From Clostridia bacterium (GTDB lineage: Bacteria; Bacillota; Clostridia; DUPQ01): a DNA stretch of 49,638 nucleotides. The stretch covers positions 1-49,638 of the forward strand of contig JAFGUQ010000002.1 of assembly GCA_016938455.1 (NCBI GenBank), read 5' to 3'. The notes under the pieces are model-generated. The model was given only the letters and a program-made list of their open reading frames with translations. It did no database searches and was not told the DNA's origin. The translations under genes were made by a program, and so were the position numbers. Below, piece by piece: positions 8,279-17,066 of this stretch (within the stretch, counting starts at the first letter, position 1; the number at the start of each line of letters is the position of its first letter).

Positions 8279-10549
8279 TTACCAGGTCCAAGTCTCATAA
8301 TCTGCGGATGTTAACCCAAGATTCTGGATAATCAATGCCATATCACCTGAGTCGATCCCAGTTGCCTCATCATAGTCAATCACTGCATCATACCCCTCAT
8401 CACCGACGGTCAGTGAGAGCTTTGATATGAGATAAGCAAGATCCCCTGCATCAATACCTGTTAATCCATCGACATCTCCTGCTAAAAGTGGAATCGGATC
8501 TAAAGAAGATGACAGAATGACATCGCCGTCATTGACGATAATCCCTGTAATCTCTCGGTTTAGATACCCGTTTCTTGAGATAGTCAGTATATATTCACTG
8601 TTTTTTACATCTTCAAAGACAAAGCTTCCATCGCCTGATGTGTTTCCGTTATAGGTATTCACTCCGTCTGTTAATGTGACTGATATTGTGTCAAACTGTC
8701 CGGTGCTTTTTCCTTCCAGACTGATATAACCGCTGACATCAGAAATGATTATCGGAGACCACTGCATCCACTCTTCAATCAATGCCTGGTTGGACGAGAT
8801 CAGCCTTACCCCTCCGTTAAAGTCTGTAGAACCGAATCCATGGATGGCAATCACTCTTCTTAAACCTGTGTCAGAATCATATTCCCAGACTGGGCTTCCG
8901 CTGCTTCCCCCGGATGAGTATGCCTTATAGCATAGCAGCATCGATGTGGTAGCATCGACTACTTCTCCATAGGAATGCCATGACCCGTTACTGGAAGTTC
9001 CCATGGCAGATGCCGGGTATCCGACTATATTGATATATTCAGGCAGATAATTAAAGACAAGTGGCATGAATGTGTCAATACCGGTAAAGGGTTCCAGAAA
9101 GTGTGCAGCAGCATAATCATATGGAAAGTCTTCAGTCGCCAGATACTGGGCATTTGTTTCCCAGCTGACGGCAGCTTTTGTCCCATATGGTCTGATTATC
9201 TCTCCCGAAGCGGTTAACTGATACTGTCCAGGTGAAAACTCAAGTGATGTCACATAGCCTCCATAATCAGCATGATAAACAACATGACCGTTTGTCAGTA
9301 TGGTATAGGGAGTAACTAAAAATCCGGATGCCCGGTAAGCCCCTTCGTTTGGATAGATGATTCTTATATATCCAGAGGTGTTGACAGGATAGCTGCTTGT
9401 ATCAATCAGTCTGACCGGATCATACATAGTGCTATCTGATGGTGTAAAAGACGAAGTGACACCATATGATTTTCCTACATAAGCATCACCATGAGAAGTT
9501 GACGCCATTACCAGAAGATAATAGGTTCCAGCCGTAATCTGCTTTGTCATCTGCTGTTGTTCTGATGCGGTACCATCTCCATAAAGCACTGAGGAAGCAA
9601 TTAAGTTCCCACCTGAATCTTCAAGTCGTAAAAACAAATCTTCTTCCAAGTTATTATCAATCAAGTCGCCTACCCAGGTTCCATAAAAATCCAATGTACC
9701 TGTTGTTTTCACATCAAACCTGAAAAGATCCAGATCACTGGCTATATCAGTAATGGTTCCAAAAATAAGATAAGGCGGATTGCCGTAATAGTCGTTGTTC
9801 ACCAGGTCAGCATTCACCTCTGGAAAATTAGATTCACTTTCAGTAATACTGATTGGTTCTATTTCAATCGGATCAATGGTATAAGCCTGAGCTGTCACAT
9901 CTATTGGATTTTCCTGTAACTCCATTTCGAGCACAATTGCCTGATGTCTGGAGACAAGTATGTCTACCTCTTCATCACTCAGCTTATTCCCTGCTAATTT
10001 TTGTTTTACATTCTTTTCATTTTTTCTGTATTCCTGCAATAATTTTGTTTTCTGTTTCAGAAGATATTTTTCTTTTGAGATATTCTGATTACTGACAGCA
10101 GGTAAGTTAATCGTCGGATCATCAGGAGAAAGCACTTGAACTGCTTCGCTTACCATGCTTGTCTTGGCTGTCCATTCCTGTGAAGCATAAAGCAATTCTT
10201 TAGCTTCATCCTTTGACAGCTCTTTCTGATAAGGCTGCTCTACCACAATACAGAACACGCCGTTATTTCCCACATCATATTCATTCCATTTATAGAAGGT
10301 CTGATTGATAATCTGCAAAATGACTCTTGAAGGGGTCATTTCTTTAATTCCTTCGGGACAGTCAATTACTTTTATATTACTTAAGGCATATGCGCTTTCT
10401 GTTTCTGAAAAAGCCTGATGGTTATAGAGCTGATCTACCACCGATGAGGAGCTGGTCTCCGCCTCAACTGAGAACGAGGAAGACATGACTGTCATAAAAA
10501 GCAGTATCACTACTAACAGACTTATCTTTTCATAGATTTTTCTTGTCAT
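8279..10549 (-). CDS. Secreted S1B (glutamyl-endopeptidase/V8-like) serine protease with PPC-like, CarboxypepD_reg-like and C-terminal dockerin-like modules
   Basis: The ORF track starts at a TTG (10567). The ATG at 10547-10549 follows GAGGAGG (10553-10559) and gives MTRKIYEKISLLVVILLFMTVMSSSFSVEA, a signal peptide. The catalytic motifs are ..ILTNGHVV.. (His), ..DYAAAHF.. (Asp) and ..SSGGSSGSPVW.. (Ser). The last ~60 aa, GDVDGLTGIDAGDLAYLISKL ... DYDEATGIDSGDMALIIQNL, form a duplicated EF-hand-like dockerin pattern. Confidence 0.75.
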   Translation of the reverse strand: MTRKIYEKISLLVVILLFMTVMSSSFSVEAETSSSSVVDQLYNHQAFSETESAYALSNIKVIDCPEGIKEMTPSRVILQIINQTFYKWNEYDVGNNGVFCIVVEQPYQKELSKDEAKELLYASQEWTAKTSMVSEAVQVLSPDDPTINLPAVSNQNISKEKYLLKQKTKLLQEYRKNEKNVKQKLAGNKLSDEEVDILVSRHQAIVLEMELQENPIDVTAQAYTIDPIEIEPISITESESNFPEVNADLVNNDYYGNPPYLIFGTITDIASDLDLFRFDVKTTGTLDFYGTWVGDLIDNNLEEDLFLRLEDSGGNLIASSVLYGDGTASEQQQMTKQITAGTYYLLVMASTSHGDAYVGKSYGVTSSFTPSDSTMYDPVRLIDTSSYPVNTSGYIRIIYPNEGAYRASGFLVTPYTILTNGHVVYHADYGGYVTSLEFSPGQYQLTASGEIIRPYGTKAAVSWETNAQYLATEDFPYDYAAAHFLEPFTGIDTFMPLVFNYLPEYINIVGYPASAMGTSSNGSWHSYGEVVDATTSMLLCYKAYSSGGSSGSPVWEYDSDTGLRRVIAIHGFGSTDFNGGVRLISSNQALIEEWMQWSPIIISDVSGYISLEGKSTGQFDTISVTLTDGVNTYNGNTSGDGSFVFEDVKNSEYILTISRNGYLNREITGIIVNDGDVILSSSLDPIPLLAGDVDGLTGIDAGDLAYLISKLSLTVGDEGYDAVIDYDEATGIDSGDMALIIQNLGLTSADYETWTW

Positions 10550-10559
10550 AATTCCTCCT

Positions 10560-13500
10560 CTATTCAATCAGCCCTGCCTCAATCAGCAGATTATGAATCG
10601 CTGTAGCTGCCTCGGCATGGGTAAATGTTCCTTTTGGTACAATAGTATCCGCTGTTCTTCCGTTAAATACCTTGACGCTCAATGTTTTTCTAACCCCTTC
10701 ATATGCCCAGTTTGAGACTGTGCCTTTATCGATATAGTTATCGATTCTCTGATTGTCAATTTCCTCAAGGCCAATGACATCCATGGCTCTTGCAAACATC
10801 AGCATCGCTTCTTCCCTGCTTATCTTATTGTCTGTTCTGAATGTGCTGTCAGGATAGCCGTTGATGATACCATAGTCAACCGCCACTGTGATGGCATCAG
10901 CATACTGGTCTTTAGTCGCTACATCGATGAACAGCTTCCTGGCTGCACCGGTCCTATATATCCCCAGTGCTCTTGTGATATAATCTGCAAACTGTCCCCT
11001 CGTAATGATTTCATTCGGATTAAACTGCTCATATTCACTGATTACCACTCTGGAAGCCATATCGTTAACAATCGCTTTCGACCAGTGATTTTCTACTGAA
11101 TCCACAGTAACCGGGTGATAAACCACCAGATAAACTGAATTGGAAAATGACTTGAATTTAACATAACTCTTATTCATTACTGTATAGACCACTGTCGGAA
11201 TATGAGACAGTGAGCCGTCTTCATTCATCAAAACGGCAGTAGTTACTTTACTGATGTCAGTGTCAGCCGGTAATTCAATGATTCGTTCAACATAGTTTTT
11301 GAATCTTATGATTTCAGCTTGTTTCTGTAATCCGGAAATATATCCTGTCTTCGCCGTCATCGTAAATCTGACAGGTGCAATCACCACCTCATAATCATCA
11401 GTCTGCATGTCAGTTTCTTCTTCGATCTGTTCCACCAGTATATCAATGCTGATGTTATTTAAACTGGATTCAGTCAGTTTAAATCCATCAAGCATTTTTG
11501 TAATATCTTCTTTCTCAACAGTCAGAAGATAGGTAATTGATGGTGTCTTAACTGAAATCATAAAATGGTTATCATACAGCTGTTTCATGGTGAGGCCATT
11601 TATGGTCACTGTGAGCTTTTTGACAACACTGGATTTCGTTTCAATCACATAGATTCTTTCCTCATTATTCTCAATAATCCTGTTTATCTCATTTTCAGCA
11701 ATCAATGAATTGATTCTGATAGACAGGATCTTGGATCCGCCTCCGCCAGAAAACACAGGAGCCGCCACGACTATTGCATCCCATTTGGCATAGAGTGTTT
11801 TATTACCTGTAACTGTATAGGGAAAAGCCACCTGATTACTTAATTGAGCTTCGGAGTACCACCCTGCAAAAGTATACCCGCTCCTTGAGGTTGCAGGAAT
11901 ATTTTCGATTGATGATCCATAGGATTGCGTGATACTGCTTACTGCGCTGCCACCGTTAGCAGCGAAAGTGACTGTGTACTGGTTAATAGTCCATTTGGCA
12001 TATAATGTCCTGTTGCCTGTTATTGTATAAGGAAAGGTCGCTCGATTACTTAACTCAATGTCAAAATACCATCCGGTAAAAGTATACCCGGTCTTTAATG
12101 TGCCAGGTTCACTGGTAATTGACGATCCGAAAGCTTGTGTCAGGCTGCTGGTTGCACTGCCTCCGTTAGTGATAAAACTGATTGTATATTGATTGGTTAT
12201 CCATTTGGCATATAAAGTAACATCAGAGGTGATGGTATAAGGGAAAGTCACCTTGTTAACCAGTTCAGGTTCTGTATACCATCCTTCAAACACATTTTCC
12301 GTAAGGGCTGTTTCAGGTGATTCCGGAATCACTGACTGATAATCATCTGTTATGTCAGTCACTTCACTGCCGCCGTTTTCCGTGAAGCTGACTGTATACT
12401 GATTAATAGTCCATTTAGCATAGAAGGTGACATCATCTTCAATGGTATACGGGAAATCCACTTTATTAGTCAGTTCGGGTTCCATATACCAGCCCTCAAG
12501 CGTATAGCCTGTCAATGATGATTCAGGTGATTCTTGAATAACCGTCTGATAATCATCAATGATTGCAGCCACTTCACTGCCGCCGTTTTCTGTAAAATCG
12601 ACGGTATACTGATTGATTGTCCACCTGGCATAGAAGGTGACATCATCTTCAATGGTATACGGGAAATCCACCTTATTAACCAGTTCAGGTTCGGTGTACC
12701 AGCCCTCAAATGAATATCCTGTCAATGATGATTCAGGTGATTCTTGAATCACCGTCTGATAATCATCAGTGATTGCAGCCACTTCACTGCCGCCGTTTTC
12801 TTCAAAACCGACGATATACTGATTGATTGTCCACCTGGCATAGAAAGTCGCATCATCTGTGATGGTATACGGGAAATCCACCTTGTTAACCAGTTCAGGT
12901 TCGGTGTACCAGCCCTCCAGAGTATACCCTTCCAAAGTAGAGACAGGAAGTGAAATTACCGTATTGATATCATCTCTGATTGATGCTACTTCAGATCCTC
13001 CATTGCTGATGAAATTGATTGTTCTTTTATTCTGATCTACTGCAGAAAGAACAGGAATGATCTCATCAAATACCAGTTCTCCGCTATTATTGAAAATCCT
13101 GGCTCCAGCCGGTGCGGTCATGTCATAATAGTCATCTGAATCTGATGCAAATCTTATTTCCGGATTACCTTCTGAAATCACTTTAAAATGAATGGTCAGC
13201 ACTGATTCACGAATAATGGCTCTTTCAGAAGTTCTGTAAGCGACGATCTTCATCAGACCTTCACTGTTATTAACTGCCGGATAAACTGAATTGAACACCA
13301 GGTCACCATCCCAGTTTAGGGGGTCAAAAACCTGACCTTGGGCTACTCCGACATCACCTGCATTGAATGTCGTTTGATCAAAGACTCCATCAGCTACTTT
13401 CTGCGACTCATCAACGGCCCATATTTCAACGACATCCTTGTTGAAATGAACAGGTAATGTTAATGTTGACAGGGTACAGTCACTTACATAAATGGTAAGG

Positions 13501-13709
13501 TCAATAAACTCTCCGACATTCAATACCGTGCTTTCAATATCCTCCTGATAAGCAATGAATTCAAAAGCAGGTGTACTGCTGTCACTTAGAATAATTGAAG
13601 GAACAATGATAGCAGAAATTAAAACAGCAAATAGAATAATAAGGGTCTTCATTGCAATCCTTCTGCTAACCGGTTTTTTTTGCGTGTTTCTGCTGTTTTC
13701 ATTTACCAT
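10560..13709 (-). CDS. Cell-surface anchoring (scaffoldin-like) protein: signal peptide, cohesin-like module, 6 Flg_new (Listeria-Bacteroides) repeats, unknown middle region, 3 SLH repeats
   Basis: 1049 aa. The signal/TM segment is MKTLIILFAVLISAIIVPSIIL. Residues ~47-222 match a cohesin-like pattern (..LTIYVSD...LTLPVHFNKDVVEI...LTIHFKVISEGNPEIRF..). Six 70-aa repeats follow (..NGGS.....GY.F.GWY.E..L.N.V.FPYT......YAKWTINQYTV). The C-terminus has three SLH-like repeats (..ENHWSKAIVNDM..ITRGQFADYITRAL / ..YADAITVAVDYGIINGYPDSTFRTDNKISREEAMLMFARA / ..WAYEGVRK...GTFTHAEAATAIHNLL). An alternative start is the ATG for M20, preceded by AGAAGGA. Confidence 0.75.
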   Translation of the reverse strand: MVNENSRNTQKKPVSRRIAMKTLIILFAVLISAIIVPSIILSDSSTPAFEFIAYQEDIESTVLNVGEFIDLTIYVSDCTLSTLTLPVHFNKDVVEIWAVDESQKVADGVFDQTTFNAGDVGVAQGQVFDPLNWDGDLVFNSVYPAVNNSEGLMKIVAYRTSERAIIRESVLTIHFKVISEGNPEIRFASDSDDYYDMTAPAGARIFNNSGELVFDEIIPVLSAVDQNKRTINFISNGGSEVASIRDDINTVISLPVSTLEGYTLEGWYTEPELVNKVDFPYTITDDATFYARWTINQYIVGFEENGGSEVAAITDDYQTVIQESPESSLTGYSFEGWYTEPELVNKVDFPYTIEDDVTFYARWTINQYTVDFTENGGSEVAAIIDDYQTVIQESPESSLTGYTLEGWYMEPELTNKVDFPYTIEDDVTFYAKWTINQYTVSFTENGGSEVTDITDDYQSVIPESPETALTENVFEGWYTEPELVNKVTFPYTITSDVTLYAKWITNQYTISFITNGGSATSSLTQAFGSSITSEPGTLKTGYTFTGWYFDIELSNRATFPYTITGNRTLYAKWTINQYTVTFAANGGSAVSSITQSYGSSIENIPATSRSGYTFAGWYSEAQLSNQVAFPYTVTGNKTLYAKWDAIVVAAPVFSGGGGSKILSIRINSLIAENEINRIIENNEERIYVIETKSSVVKKLTVTINGLTMKQLYDNHFMISVKTPSITYLLTVEKEDITKMLDGFKLTESSLNNISIDILVEQIEEETDMQTDDYEVVIAPVRFTMTAKTGYISGLQKQAEIIRFKNYVERIIELPADTDISKVTTAVLMNEDGSLSHIPTVVYTVMNKSYVKFKSFSNSVYLVVYHPVTVDSVENHWSKAIVNDMASRVVISEYEQFNPNEIITRGQFADYITRALGIYRTGAARKLFIDVATKDQYADAITVAVDYGIINGYPDSTFRTDNKISREEAMLMFARAMDVIGLEEIDNQRIDNYIDKGTVSNWAYEGVRKTLSVKVFNGRTADTIVPKGTFTHAEAATAIHNLLIEAGLIE
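11781..13025 (-). repeat. Six tandem 210-bp (70-codon) coding repeats encoding Flg_new modules; copies 2 and 3 are nearly identical at DNA level
   Basis: Direct comparison of 12421-12630 with 12631-12840 shows long identical runs (for example tagaaggtgacatcatcttcaatggtatacgggaaatcca, gtcaatgatgattcaggtgattcttgaat and gattgcagccacttcactgccgccgttttc). The period is exactly 210 bp. Confidence 0.9.
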
Positions 13710-13914
13710 ATATTAAGCGCTTTCCTTAATGCCAAGTACATTTACATAATTCATGTGACCATATTCATGTCATCTTTTTCATATGAATTGTATCACAATT
13801 CAAAATTTTTCAATACCTAAAATTATCCTGTTGCAGGCTGCAGCACTTAAAAAAATATTTAGCTGCCTAAAATATTGACATTGTCCTTAGTCTATAATAT
13901 ACTTCAAATCAGGC

Positions 13915-13948
13915 AATGTCGCTAACAAAAAGCGACATTGTTTTTTTT
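13915..13948 (+). terminator. Intrinsic-terminator-like hairpin (9-bp stem AATGTCGCT/AGCGACATT, 7-nt loop, T8 tail) located 20 nt upstream of the EAL gene start
   Basis: The sequence is aatgtcgct-aacaaaa-agcgacatt-g-tttttttt. There is no plus-strand gene upstream for it to terminate. Confidence 0.55.
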
Positions 13949-13968
13949 AGAAAGGTGTTAGCATTTAC

Positions 13969-15210
13969 ATGAATGACCACTATGATCTGTCAAGGATGAT
14001 AGACGAAAAGCTTCTTTTTACTGTTTTACAGCCTATCATATCCGTCAAGAAGAAAACAGTCATCGGTATAGAAGCGTTATCAAGAGGTATTGATGAGAAA
14101 AACAAGGATGTCATCCCTCCTGTCATACTATTCAAGCAGGCTTCAAAAAACATTGCTGACCTGATTAAACTTGACAGGGCATGTCGAGAAGATGCCTTGA
14201 CAAAATTCAAGTTAATAAGAAAAGACCATGAAGGATTAATTCTTTTCATCAATGTGGAAAGTGCCATATTAAACAGTGTCGGTCCCTCAGACCATATTTT
14301 AAACATGGTAAACAGGCTGGGTATTAAACCTCATGAGGTGATTCTTGAAATCAATGAGTCAAAGACACCTAAAACAGATGCTTTGTATGATTTTTCAAGA
14401 AGATATAAGGAATATGGATTCATGATTGCCCTAGATGATGTAGGGTCAGGTTTTTCCAATCTCAACAGAATACCGCTTCTGAATCCTAATATCATCAAAA
14501 TAGACCGTTTTCTGGTCACTGATATTGATAAGAATTACTACAAACAGGAAGTCTTCAAATCACTGGTCAATCTGTCTTCAAGCATCGGCGCGCTGGTGGT
14601 GGCTGAAGGTGTGGAGACTTATGAGGAAGCCATCACTGTGACTGAGCTTGGATTGGACATGATACAAGGGTATCTTATTTCAAAACCGGTTGATTGCAAG
14701 ATTACTTCCCATGAAATACAATCGACCATTTTCGAGTTGACAGGCAGGTATAAAAAGCATATCAGAGAATCAAATGCATTTAAAAAAGTATTTTTAGATA
14801 AAATTAAACTGGTTGCATCAGAAATCATCGAGCAGCTCTCAGGAAGCTGCACCGATGACATTGAAAATCTGATGAAGGATATCATCATGAATAAACAGAA
14901 CTTTGAGTGCATCTATGTGCTGGATGAAGCCGGTATTCAAATCAGTGATACGGTTTTCCATCCTGATTACCGGTTGAAGAATAATAACCTGCTTTTTTCA
15001 CCTGCCAGTAAAGGAGCTGACCATTCACTAAAAAGATATTACTATCACCTGATGAGCAGTCAGAATAATCTGTATATTTCAGAGGATTATCTGTCAATGG
15101 CAACAGGTGATCTCTGCAGAACGGTTTCTGAAGTATACCGGGATAAAAATAATGAGCTGAAGATTGTCTGCATAGACTTTTTTGCGGAAAAGTTCTCACC
15201 CTGCTACTGA
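13969..15210 (+). CDS. c-di-GMP phosphodiesterase, EAL domain with C-terminal Cache/PDC-like domain
   Basis: 413 aa. The EAL signatures are present in order: ..IGIEALSRG.., ..EINES.., ..ALDDVGSGFSNLNRI....IIKIDR.., ..VVAEGVETYEE.., ..QGYLISKP... The C-terminal ~150 aa (..YVLDEAGIQISDT....GADHSLKRYYYHL....LYISEDYLSMATGDLCRTVS..) resemble a Cache/PDC sensor fold. No TM segments. Confidence 0.8.
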   Translation: MNDHYDLSRMIDEKLLFTVLQPIISVKKKTVIGIEALSRGIDEKNKDVIPPVILFKQASKNIADLIKLDRACREDALTKFKLIRKDHEGLILFINVESAILNSVGPSDHILNMVNRLGIKPHEVILEINESKTPKTDALYDFSRRYKEYGFMIALDDVGSGFSNLNRIPLLNPNIIKIDRFLVTDIDKNYYKQEVFKSLVNLSSSIGALVVAEGVETYEEAITVTELGLDMIQGYLISKPVDCKITSHEIQSTIFELTGRYKKHIRESNAFKKVFLDKIKLVASEIIEQLSGSCTDDIENLMKDIIMNKQNFECIYVLDEAGIQISDTVFHPDYRLKNNNLLFSPASKGADHSLKRYYYHLMSSQNNLYISEDYLSMATGDLCRTVSEVYRDKNNELKIVCIDFFAEKFSPCY

Positions 15211-15258
15211 GATGTGTCCTTTTGCTGTCATTTTGCTGATGAAGTCGTTTTTAACCCT

Positions 15259-16977
15259 CTATGTAGTCTGTCGATAGACATGAAGGTCAATGCTGTTCAA
15301 TAAAGGAATGATATGCCTGATTGTATTTCTGTCCAGTTCTTTGATTTCCTCACTCAATTCATTATATGGAACCAGATAAGGAGTCGTTTTTTTCTCATTG
15401 TCTCGTATGGTGTCATATTTCCAGCCATGTTCGAGCCGTTCCCTGACCCAGGAGGCATGCTCATACTTGGAAAGATATTCAATCTCTTCATTTGTGAATT
15501 CTGTGACTTTGATTCCGCTCTCATCTTTGTCTGAAATATAGCAATGTAAAAGTCTCACTTTTTCGACAATGGATTTCACTTGTCTGACATTAGAGTATTT
15601 CAGCATATCAGGAAGACTTTCCCATGTAGGATATTCCAGGGGTTTATCAGGATAATTCTCTATCTGCTTCTTATTATGTTCTTCATGAATGGTTTTTGCC
15701 AGCATTTCAATATTGTCAATAATCAGCCTTGGCATGACCTGCTGATCTGATTCTCTGATCATATCAATCAAATATTCGGTATGAGAGGTAGCTGTCATTG
15801 TAATACCTTTTTTGAATATCATATTAATATCAGTAACAGTATTAATAAGATTTTCTTTTTCAAGAGCAAAGCTTTCATTGAAGGCACCGTTTTTCGCAAT
15901 ATAGTGTACTTTAAAGCAATCATCATCAATAAAAATCTCTGAATCAGCTACCGAAACAGTATCTCTGTCTATGATGCCATATGCTTCGCGTTTCCATTCC
16001 TGCACTTCATCACATAAAATCAGGAGAAAAGCAATCGGATGCTGGTATGGACTGATTTTACCAAGTGAAAAAGGTTCTTTCATCAGGACATGCCTGTAGG
16101 CATTATGAAGAAAAATAGCGGCTGCAGAATCAAGAATCTGATTATACAGTACTCCTGTCGGAAAGATGTTCTGCAGCAGCATCATACCATACCACTTCAG
16201 TATAATCAGCGCGCTATAGAAACCGTGATCGACAAATCCGCTTTTTTGCATAGATAACAGAAAATGATCCATTTTATCCTTGATGGTCTGCAGGTCAATA
16301 TTGAACGAATTATGGAAATAGTAGGACAGAAGATCAGTCGGTCTGTTATAATCCAGTCCATTTGCCATCAGTGTTTCTGTCACTTGATTGTCATTTATGC
16401 AGTTCAATTTGTCAAAATTGAAATAAGCAATATAGGGATTGATTTCCATTCCCTTCTCTTTTCTGTGACAGATAAACGAAATATACTTTTTGATCTGATT
16501 GTTGATGATTTCAACCGGATAGCCGATGTCATGAAATAATGCTGCAATACCCCAGCTAAACAGGAACTCCTCATGAGGAGTCTTATATAAATGTCTGTTT
16601 TCAACATCAAAATCACCGGCATGAAAAGCTTCTCTGAAGAATGCATTCTGTGAATAAATGCATAATCCGAGAATAAACACATTTACGGAATGATTGTAGT
16701 GATCCCGTTGTTTATCATTCAGTGTCGCCGCTGTCTCTTCATATTTTCTCATCACATCAAGCAAATCAATGAAAGATTTACCGTCATTTCTCTTGATCCG
16801 ATAAATATCAAAAAAAGCACTGTATACTTCATAAGCTGTTTCTTTGGTCTGATGATCAAGAAAATGATAAATTGACGAGGAAATCAGTGCTTTGTAAAAA
16901 TGTTCTCCATTTTTATCAGAATCCATTTCAAGCAAATTGAAAAAATCGTTAATGTTTTTTTCTATCATGCTCATCAT
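15259..16977 (-). CDS. HD-domain phosphohydrolase fused to C-terminal RyR (ryanodine-receptor-type) domain(s)
   Basis: 572 aa. The HD signature is ..RDHYNHSVNV.. (His) and ..AALFHDIGYP.. (HD). The C-terminus ..YEHASWVRERLEHGWKYDTIRDNEKKTTPYLVPYNELSEEIKELDRNTIRHIIPLL.. matches the RyR-domain pattern (W..........GW.yG......k..P.LvpY.eL.e..K..Dr). A weaker RyR-like half precedes it (..AKTIHEEHN.....YPTWESLPDMLKYSNVRQ..). Confidence 0.6.
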   Translation of the reverse strand: MMSMIEKNINDFFNLLEMDSDKNGEHFYKALISSSIYHFLDHQTKETAYEVYSAFFDIYRIKRNDGKSFIDLLDVMRKYEETAATLNDKQRDHYNHSVNVFILGLCIYSQNAFFREAFHAGDFDVENRHLYKTPHEEFLFSWGIAALFHDIGYPVEIINNQIKKYISFICHRKEKGMEINPYIAYFNFDKLNCINDNQVTETLMANGLDYNRPTDLLSYYFHNSFNIDLQTIKDKMDHFLLSMQKSGFVDHGFYSALIILKWYGMMLLQNIFPTGVLYNQILDSAAAIFLHNAYRHVLMKEPFSLGKISPYQHPIAFLLILCDEVQEWKREAYGIIDRDTVSVADSEIFIDDDCFKVHYIAKNGAFNESFALEKENLINTVTDINMIFKKGITMTATSHTEYLIDMIRESDQQVMPRLIIDNIEMLAKTIHEEHNKKQIENYPDKPLEYPTWESLPDMLKYSNVRQVKSIVEKVRLLHCYISDKDESGIKVTEFTNEEIEYLSKYEHASWVRERLEHGWKYDTIRDNEKKTTPYLVPYNELSEEIKELDRNTIRHIIPLLNSIDLHVYRQTT

Positions 16978-17066
16978 TCATATTCTCCATTTTTGCAATA
17001 ATATAATAGACAGTTCTGATTCTTAATTCACTGGCAGAATCATTGTTTCAAACCACTTCCGATACC

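Noticed and set aside
11781-13025. Regularly spaced repeats that could superficially resemble a CRISPR or VNTR array
   Set aside because: The period is 210 bp with no unique spacers. The repeats are in frame inside a long ORF and encode Flg_new protein modules, so this is not a CRISPR array.
13710-13914. Possible c-di-GMP (GEMM) riboswitch upstream of the EAL gene, and a TTGACA box at 13875-13880
   Set aside because: I could not find the conserved GEMM-I/II cores. The TTGACA is only 12 nt from the nearest TATAAT (13893-13898), which is too short for a standard sigma-A promoter. Only the downstream hairpin is reported.
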